Of a stretch of 37,861 nt of DNA, positions 32,864 through 37,861 are shown piece after piece; the first letter of the stretch is position 1, and each line of letters opens with the position of its first letter. The notes beneath the pieces are model-generated. The model worked only from the letters and a program-made list of their open reading frames with translations. It was not told where the DNA came from and ran no database searches. The translations under genes and the position numbers were made by a program. Source of the DNA: Thermoleophilia bacterium (lineage in GTDB: Bacteria > Actinomycetota > Thermoleophilia > BMS3ABIN01); the NCBI GenBank assembly GCA_030650885.1, contig JAUSDE010000008.1, positions 1 through 37,861 of the forward strand, read 5' to 3'.

Positions 32864-33778
32864 ATGACAGTTAAAAGTTCAATACGAATTATAGGCACGT
32901 TCCTGGCTGCGGGGCTCATGATCGGCCTCGCATTCGCAGCCTTCGGCTGCGGCAACCAGAACACCTCAGCCGGTGGCGCAGGCGGCTCCAAGGGCGGCGC
33001 CATCCAGGTCAAGGGCTCCGACACCATGGTGAACCTCGCCCAGATGTGGGCTGAGGATTATATGAAGGAAAATCCGCAGGTCAATATCGCCGTCACGGGC
33101 GGTGGCTCAGGCACCGGCATAACCGCCATCATCAATGGCACCACCGACGTCGCCGATTCTTCCCGCGAGATGAAACAGAAGGAAAAAGACGACGCGGCCG
33201 CCAAGGGCGTCGAAGTCGTCGAGAACAAGGTTGCGCTGGACGGCATCGCAGTTGTTGTTAACAGCTCCAACGGTGTCGGCGAGCTCAGTGTCGACCAGCT
33301 GGCTGATATCTTCTCCGGCAAGATCACCGACTGGCAGGAAGTCGGCGGCAGCCCGGGCCAGATCGTCATCCTCTCCCGCGAGAGCAACTCGGGAACGCAC
33401 GTCTTCTTCAAGGAGCATATCCTCAATAAGGGCAAGAGCGATGGCAAGGTCGAATACGCGTCCAGCGCACTGCTGCTTCCCTCATCGCAGGCGATCGTCG
33501 ACGAGGTCAAGCAGAACCCGAAAGGGATCGGCTATGTCGGACTGGGTTATGTTGACGACAGCATCAAGGCCGTGAAGGTGAAGAAAGATGCAACCTCCAC
33601 AGCGGTCACGCCTACTGTAGCTACCGTCCAGGACGGCAGCTACCCCGTCTCCCGCCCGCTTTACATGTACTCCAAGCAGGGTGCATCGCAGACGGTGCAG
33701 GATTACCTTGCCTGGATCAAAGGCCCGGAAGGCCAGAAGGTCGTCGAGCAGCTCGAGTTCGTACCACTTACTAAATAA
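32864..33778 (+). CDS. pstS: Phosphate ABC transporter substrate-binding lipoprotein PstS
   Basis: Signal peptide with an AAFGC lipobox-like Cys. GSDTMVNLAQ, TGGGSGTG and SRESNSGT are PstS-family motifs. SD AAAGGAG. Confidence 0.9.
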   Translation: MTVKSSIRIIGTFLAAGLMIGLAFAAFGCGNQNTSAGGAGGSKGGAIQVKGSDTMVNLAQMWAEDYMKENPQVNIAVTGGGSGTGITAIINGTTDVADSSREMKQKEKDDAAAKGVEVVENKVALDGIAVVVNSSNGVGELSVDQLADIFSGKITDWQEVGGSPGQIVILSRESNSGTHVFFKEHILNKGKSDGKVEYASSALLLPSSQAIVDEVKQNPKGIGYVGLGYVDDSIKAVKVKKDATSTAVTPTVATVQDGSYPVSRPLYMYSKQGASQTVQDYLAWIKGPEGQKVVEQLEFVPLTK

Positions 33779-33801
33779 CGCACACGGTAGGAATCGCATG
33801 T

Positions 33802-33837
33802 GAAGCACCCCGGACCGCAAGTCGTCCGGGGTGCTTC
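33802..33837 (+). other. 14-bp perfect hairpin between pstS and pstC
   Basis: GAAGCACCCCGGAC-cgcaagtc-GTCCGGGGTGCTTC, starting 24 nt after the pstS stop. No U-tract follows. Confidence 0.7.
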
Positions 33838-33851
33838 GACATATAAACAAA

Positions 33852-34760
33852 ATGAGCGTGACGGGGAAGATGAGAACCGCCCAGAAAATCAAGGAAAGCA
33901 TAATCGGCAAGGTCATCCTCGCCTGTGGAGTCCTCTCCATAGCTGTAGTTGTCCTTATTTTTGCCTTCCTGACTCGCGATGCCCTGTCGCTGTTCAGCAC
34001 TTACTCGCCTATCGATTTCATCACCGGCCAGAACTGGTATCCCATCTCGGAACCTCCGGTTTTCGGCATCCTGCCGCTGGTACTGGGCTCGATGCTGGTG
34101 ACAGTGATCGCCATCGTCATCGCCATCCCGCTGGGCATCGGCACGGCCATCTACATAGCCGAGATCGCCCCGGGCTGGCTCAAGGAGATCCTCAAACCCC
34201 TGATGGAGATCGTGGCGGCTATTCCTTCGGTTGTGCTGGCTTTCATCGGGCTCACCCTTCTCGCACCTTTTATACAGGATCTGCTCAATCTCAATACCGG
34301 GCTGACAGCGCTGACCGGCGGCATAATGCTGGCATTCATGGCCCTGCCGACCATCGTCTCCATAGCTGAAGACGCCATCAACGCCGTGCCCCGTTCGTAT
34401 CGCGAGGGCTCGCTGGCCATGGGAGCGACTCGCTGGCAGACCACCGGTCGCGTTGTAGTCCCGGCGGCGATGTCCGGCATTTCCGCTTCTGTCATGCTGG
34501 GAATCGGCCGGGCCATCGGCGAGACCATGGTAGTGCTGATGGTCACCGGTAACGCCGCCGTTATGCCGACCTCAGTAGATTCGGCCCTGAAACCGGTCCG
34601 AACACTCACGGGAACGATAGCCCAGGAGATGGGCGAGACTGTCTTCGGCAGCTCCCATTATTTCGCCCTCTTCGCCGTAGGCCTGGTGCTGTTCGTCATA
34701 ACCTTCGCCGTCAACTGGATCGCCGACCTTATCCTCTATCGCTACCGCGAAAGCGAATGA
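33852..34760 (+). CDS. pstC: Phosphate ABC transporter permease PstC
   Basis: Six TM segments and an EAA-like loop (SIAEDAINAVPRSYREGSLAMGATRWQT). GTG 33831 lies inside the hairpin, so ATG 33852 is preferred. Confidence 0.88.
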   Translation: MSVTGKMRTAQKIKESIIGKVILACGVLSIAVVVLIFAFLTRDALSLFSTYSPIDFITGQNWYPISEPPVFGILPLVLGSMLVTVIAIVIAIPLGIGTAIYIAEIAPGWLKEILKPLMEIVAAIPSVVLAFIGLTLLAPFIQDLLNLNTGLTALTGGIMLAFMALPTIVSIAEDAINAVPRSYREGSLAMGATRWQTTGRVVVPAAMSGISASVMLGIGRAIGETMVVLMVTGNAAVMPTSVDSALKPVRTLTGTIAQEMGETVFGSSHYFALFAVGLVLFVITFAVNWIADLILYRYRESE

Positions 34761-34812
34761 TCTGAAGACTCACCGCAAACAACTGGTATACGAGAAGATC
34801 GCGCACTCGGCG

Positions 34813-35619
34813 ATGGCGCTAATCACACTTATCGCCGTGGCGCCGGTGATAGCCATCCTCGTCTACCTGGTGATGAAAGGATGGCGCGCGCTCACACCAG
34901 AGTTCCTGACCCAGATGCCAAGCCAGGGGATGAAGGCGGGCGGTATTTTCCCTGCGATCGTCGGCACTTTTTACCTGGTGCTCGGCACAGTGATATTTTC
35001 CGTTCCGATCGGGACCCTCGCTGCGGTCTACCTGACCGAATACGCCACCCAGGGGCGCCTGACCCGTTACATCAGGCTGGCGATAGCCAACATGGCAGGG
35101 GTGCCTTCCGTGGTCTACGGACTGTTCGGGCTGGGCCTGTTCGTACTGCTCATGCAATTCGGCACCTCGCTGCTGGCGGGCTCGCTCACGCTCGGCCTGC
35201 TGGTGCTGCCCGTAGTCATCACCGCTGCTGAAGAAGCCCTGATAGCAGTACCGCAGTCGTTCCGGCAGGCGTCGTTTGCACTGGGAGCAACGCGCTGGCA
35301 GACGATCAGGCGAGTGGTTCTTCCCAATGCCATCCCCGGGATCATAACGGGCACGGTGCTGGCCGTGGGACGCGCTGCCGGCGAGACCGCGGCTATCATG
35401 TTCACGGTGGCGGCCTTCTTCCTGCCTACCCTGCCCGATTCACCATTCAGCCAGGCGATGGCGCTGCCATATCACCTATACACCATATCCACGCAAGTGC
35501 CGGGCATGCCCGATGAGATAAAATGGGGCACCGCGCTGGTGCTGTTACTGCTGGTACTTTCATTCACGCTCACGGCCGCCGCCGTCCGGGCAAGATTCAG
35601 GAGGAAGAAAAAATGGTAG
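34813..35619 (+). CDS. pstA: Phosphate ABC transporter permease PstA
   Basis: [10 protein letters not shown] and an EAA-like loop ([27 protein letters not shown]). The frame is open upstream to CTG 34762, and the N-terminus may be longer (see findings). Confidence 0.88.
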   Translation: MALITLIAVAPVIAILVYLVMKGWRALTPEFLTQMPSQGMKAGGIFPAIVGTFYLVLGTVIFSVPIGTLAAVYLTEYATQGRLTRYIRLAIANMAGVPSVVYGLFGLGLFVLLMQFGTSLLAGSLTLGLLVLPVVITAAEEALIAVPQSFRQASFALGATRWQTIRRVVLPNAIPGIITGTVLAVGRAAGETAAIMFTVAAFFLPTLPDSPFSQAMALPYHLYTISTQVPGMPDEIKWGTALVLLLLVLSFTLTAAAVRARFRRKKKW

Positions 35620-36419
35620 CCGCGGAAGCGACGAAAAACATCGCAACAAAAAGCATCGTGCAGCTCAAGGGCGTCGATTTCTACTACGGCGATTTCAAGG
35701 CGCTGGAAGACATCAACCTGGAGATCCGGCAGAACACGGTGACGGCGCTCATCGGCCCTTCCGGCTGCGGCAAGTCGACGGTACTGAGGCTGATGAACCG
35801 GATGCATGAAGTCATGGGCAAAACCAGGGTCGAAGGAGAGGTACTACTCGACGGCAAGGATATCTATGCAGCCGACGTAGACGTGGTCGGGCTGCGCTCC
35901 CGGGTCGGCGAGATCTTCCAGAAGCCCAACCCCTTCCCTAAATCCATCTATGACAATGTGGCTTATGGCCCCCGCATCCAGGGAAGAAAGAGCAGCGATG
36001 AGCTGGACGGCATCGTCGAGCGTGCGCTGACACAGGCGGCTCTCTGGAAAGAGGTAAAAAACAAGCTGAAAACCTCAGCCATGGAACTCTCCGGCGGCCA
36101 GCAGCAGCGTCTCTGCATCGCGCGAACTCTGGCAGTTGAGCCGGAGATCATCCTCATGGACGAGCCGTGTTCGGCGCTGGACCCGGTAGCGACGCAGCAG
36201 ATCGAGGATACAATGGACTCGCTCAAGAAGAATTACACGATCATCATCGTCACACATAACATGCAGCAGGCAGCGCGCGTATCTGAATACACAGGCTTCA
36301 TGCTGATCCAGGAAACAGGGGAGCCCGGCCGGCTTGTGGAATATGGACCAACGAGCAAGATCTTCACCATGCCTGACCGCAAGGAAACTGAAAACTACAT
36401 CACGGGAAGGTTCGGATAA
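35613..36419 (+). CDS. pstB: Phosphate ABC transporter ATP-binding protein PstB
   Basis: Walker [10 protein letters not shown], signature LSGGQQQRL, Walker B IILMDEP, H-loop VTHNM. ATG 35613 has AGGAGG 8 nt upstream and overlaps the pstA stop. Confidence 0.93.
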   Translation: MVAAEATKNIATKSIVQLKGVDFYYGDFKALEDINLEIRQNTVTALIGPSGCGKSTVLRLMNRMHEVMGKTRVEGEVLLDGKDIYAADVDVVGLRSRVGEIFQKPNPFPKSIYDNVAYGPRIQGRKSSDELDGIVERALTQAALWKEVKNKLKTSAMELSGGQQQRLCIARTLAVEPEIILMDEPCSALDPVATQQIEDTMDSLKKNYTIIIVTHNMQQAARVSEYTGFMLIQETGEPGRLVEYGPTSKIFTMPDRKETENYITGRFG

Positions 36420-36421
36420 CT

Positions 36422-37111
36422 ATGGGCAGACAATCATTTCATGACGGGCTCAAGCAGCTTAACGAGGAGATCCTGCGCATGGGGAGCCTGGTGGTCGAGG
36501 CGGTTGACCTCTCCACCCAGTCCCTCTTCAAAGGCGACCGTTCCCTGGCCAACGCGGTGATCGCCGGGGACGACGACATCAACGAACTCAACCTCTGGAT
36601 CGAAGGCAAGTGCCTTTCGCTGCAGGCCCAGCAACAGCCTGTCGCCCGCGACCTGCGGCTGCTGCACACCTGCCTGCTGGTCAGCCTCCACCTGGAGCGC
36701 ATCGGCGATCTGGCGGTCAACATCGCCAAGATAGCCAAGCGCCTGGAGCGGACAGCCGGCGCCGAACCTTATATGGATCTGCTTCGAAAGATGTCAGCCC
36801 AGGCCCTTGAAGTCCTGCGCCAGGGAATCAAATCCTTCGCCGACCGGGATGTGGAACTAGCCAAATCGCTGGTAGAGCTCGACGAGCCCATCGACGAGAT
36901 GTACAAGGAGATCCTGGGACGCCTCCTTCACCCCAAGGAGGAAGAAGCATCTTCCGCGGAATGGGCCACGCACATCGCCCTCGCCAGCCGCTACATCGAG
37001 CGCATCGCCGACCAGGTCGTCGACATGGGAGAGCGCATCGACTTCCTGGTCACGGGACATCTGGATGGAAAATATTTCGACAACGACCCGGACCATCGAT
37101 TTGGCGAGTGA
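36422..37111 (+). CDS. phoU: Phosphate signalling complex protein PhoU
   Basis: Two PhoU repeats (ERIGDLAVNIAK and ERIADQVVDMGE). Starts 2 nt after pstB. Confidence 0.9.
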   Translation: MGRQSFHDGLKQLNEEILRMGSLVVEAVDLSTQSLFKGDRSLANAVIAGDDDINELNLWIEGKCLSLQAQQQPVARDLRLLHTCLLVSLHLERIGDLAVNIAKIAKRLERTAGAEPYMDLLRKMSAQALEVLRQGIKSFADRDVELAKSLVELDEPIDEMYKEILGRLLHPKEEEASSAEWATHIALASRYIERIADQVVDMGERIDFLVTGHLDGKYFDNDPDHRFGE

Positions 37112-37186
37112 TCCGGCGATGGCTTCTGATACTCACGAAACGAACCGTCTTGATCACGGACCGCATCATCGCCGGAAGCGCCGTCC

Positions 37187-37861
37187 ATGAGCACGGCTGA
37201 AATAATACTGCTGGCAATCTGCGGCACCCTGCTCGGCGCCCTGGCGGTCAGCATGATGATCCTGCTGAAATCACGTTCAGAGCGTGCTTCGATTGCTGCA
37301 GCTATCCGGGCAACCGACGGCAAACCGCTAGAAGATGCCGCCCGCGACCTGGCTGCATGCGCTGATAACGCGGCTGCCCTGCCGCTTTATAAAACCCGCA
37401 TTGATAGAATGCTTCTTGATTCTCCCCTGCCCATCCTGCTGCTGGACGAACAGCGCGTGATCGTCGATCTGAGCGCGCGGGCCGAGGAGGAGCTGGACCA
37501 GCCGCGCCGCCGCCGCGGGCTGCTGGAGACCATGGGCAGCCATGATCTGGATGAAGCGGCGCGGTCGGCGATGGCGTCGCTCAAGCCTGCCGTCGTGACC
37601 GTCAGGCTATACGCCGGGGGCCGCCAGACCTACCAGGCGCGCCTTGTCCCATACCGCTCGGGTGATGTAGTGGAATGCCTGGTATTCCTTCAGGACGTAG
37701 CCGCCACCATGGACTTCGGTGAGCTGCGCTCCCAGTTCGCGGCTACTGTTTCGCATGAGCTGCGCACGCCGCTGGCAGGTATCCGGGCGATGGTTGAGGC
37801 GCTGCAAGACCCGGCGATCTCTCCCGGGGAAGCATCCCGGTTTCTCAGCCGGGTCGACATG
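37187..37861 (+). CDS. PhoR-like sensor histidine kinase, 3' end outside the window (not in the ORF track because no stop is reached)
   Basis: ATG 37187 opens MSTAEIILLAICGTLLGALAVSMMILL (TM helix). A PAS-like region follows (PLPILLLDEQRVIVDLS...), then the H-box FAATVSHELRTPLAGI. The frame is open to the last base (225 codons). Confidence 0.75.
   Translation, partial: MSTAEIILLAICGTLLGALAVSMMILLKSRSERASIAAAIRATDGKPLEDAARDLAACADNAAALPLYKTRIDRMLLDSPLPILLLDEQRVIVDLSARAEEELDQPRRRRGLLETMGSHDLDEAARSAMASLKPAVVTVRLYAGGRQTYQARLVPYRSGDVVECLVFLQDVAATMDFGELRSQFAATVSHELRTPLAGIRAMVEALQDPAISPGEASRFLSRVDM

Noticed and set aside
1-37861. Search for CRISPR repeats, tRNA/rRNA genes, IS elements, integrases, toxin-antitoxin pairs or known defence genes
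   Set aside because: I saw no repeat-spacer periodicity, no tRNA-like cloverleaf candidates in the few intergenic gaps, and no transposase, integrase or defence-type domains in any ORF. By-eye screening cannot fully exclude small RNAs.

Overview
GC-rich window (about 60% by eye), densely coding, with Gram-positive, probably actinobacterial-type synteny. I support about 40 CDS. No rRNA, tRNA, CRISPR array, transposase or phage gene was recognised by eye. Gene order: a 5'-truncated lipoprotein serine protease; a minus-strand block with a TreT-like GT4, OtsA and a phasin-like protein; an AmmeMemoRadiSam-type radical SAM enzyme; an IMPase-family phosphatase and an AcuC/HDAC deacetylase; a tightly coupled minus-strand operon (sugar-phosphate-isomerase-like TIM barrel, small radical SAM, OmpR-type response regulator, histidine kinase, HtrA protease); ddl; a UPF0104 membrane protein and a YugP-like Zn peptidase; an ArsR regulator plus a thioredoxin-fold::SQR-like flavoprotein; rmd-gmd; pabC-pabB; dnaB-rplI-DUF2232-rpsR-ssb-rpsF; a set of small conserved genes (toastrack-like, SRPBCC, SAM hydroxide adenosyltransferase, DUF3343, PAP2, YjbQ, ZIP); and a PHO-box-controlled pstSCAB-phoU locus followed by a 3'-truncated PhoR-like kinase. 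Main finding: the SQR-like ORF at 16823..18262 is really the 3' part of a longer reading frame (16823..18463). Its only interruption is a TGA (18341..18343, minus strand) sitting exactly where the first Cys of a TlpA/thioredoxin-type CxxC motif belongs (FWKGQ-TGA-QGC). A GC-rich hairpin starts 10 nt downstream of it. This makes it a candidate selenocysteine (UxxC) redox domain fused to a sulfide:quinone-oxidoreductase-like enzyme under an ArsR-family regulator. Secondary findings: two near-identical arrays of four 11-bp GTTCAC-type direct repeats (PHO boxes), one of them in front of an unannotated small HTH-like ORF; a two-component/HtrA module translationally coupled to a radical SAM enzyme; candidate response-regulator repeats upstream of htrA; and several genes whose conserved N-termini lack a canonical start codon. 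All functional calls come from motif recognition by eye. No database search was run.
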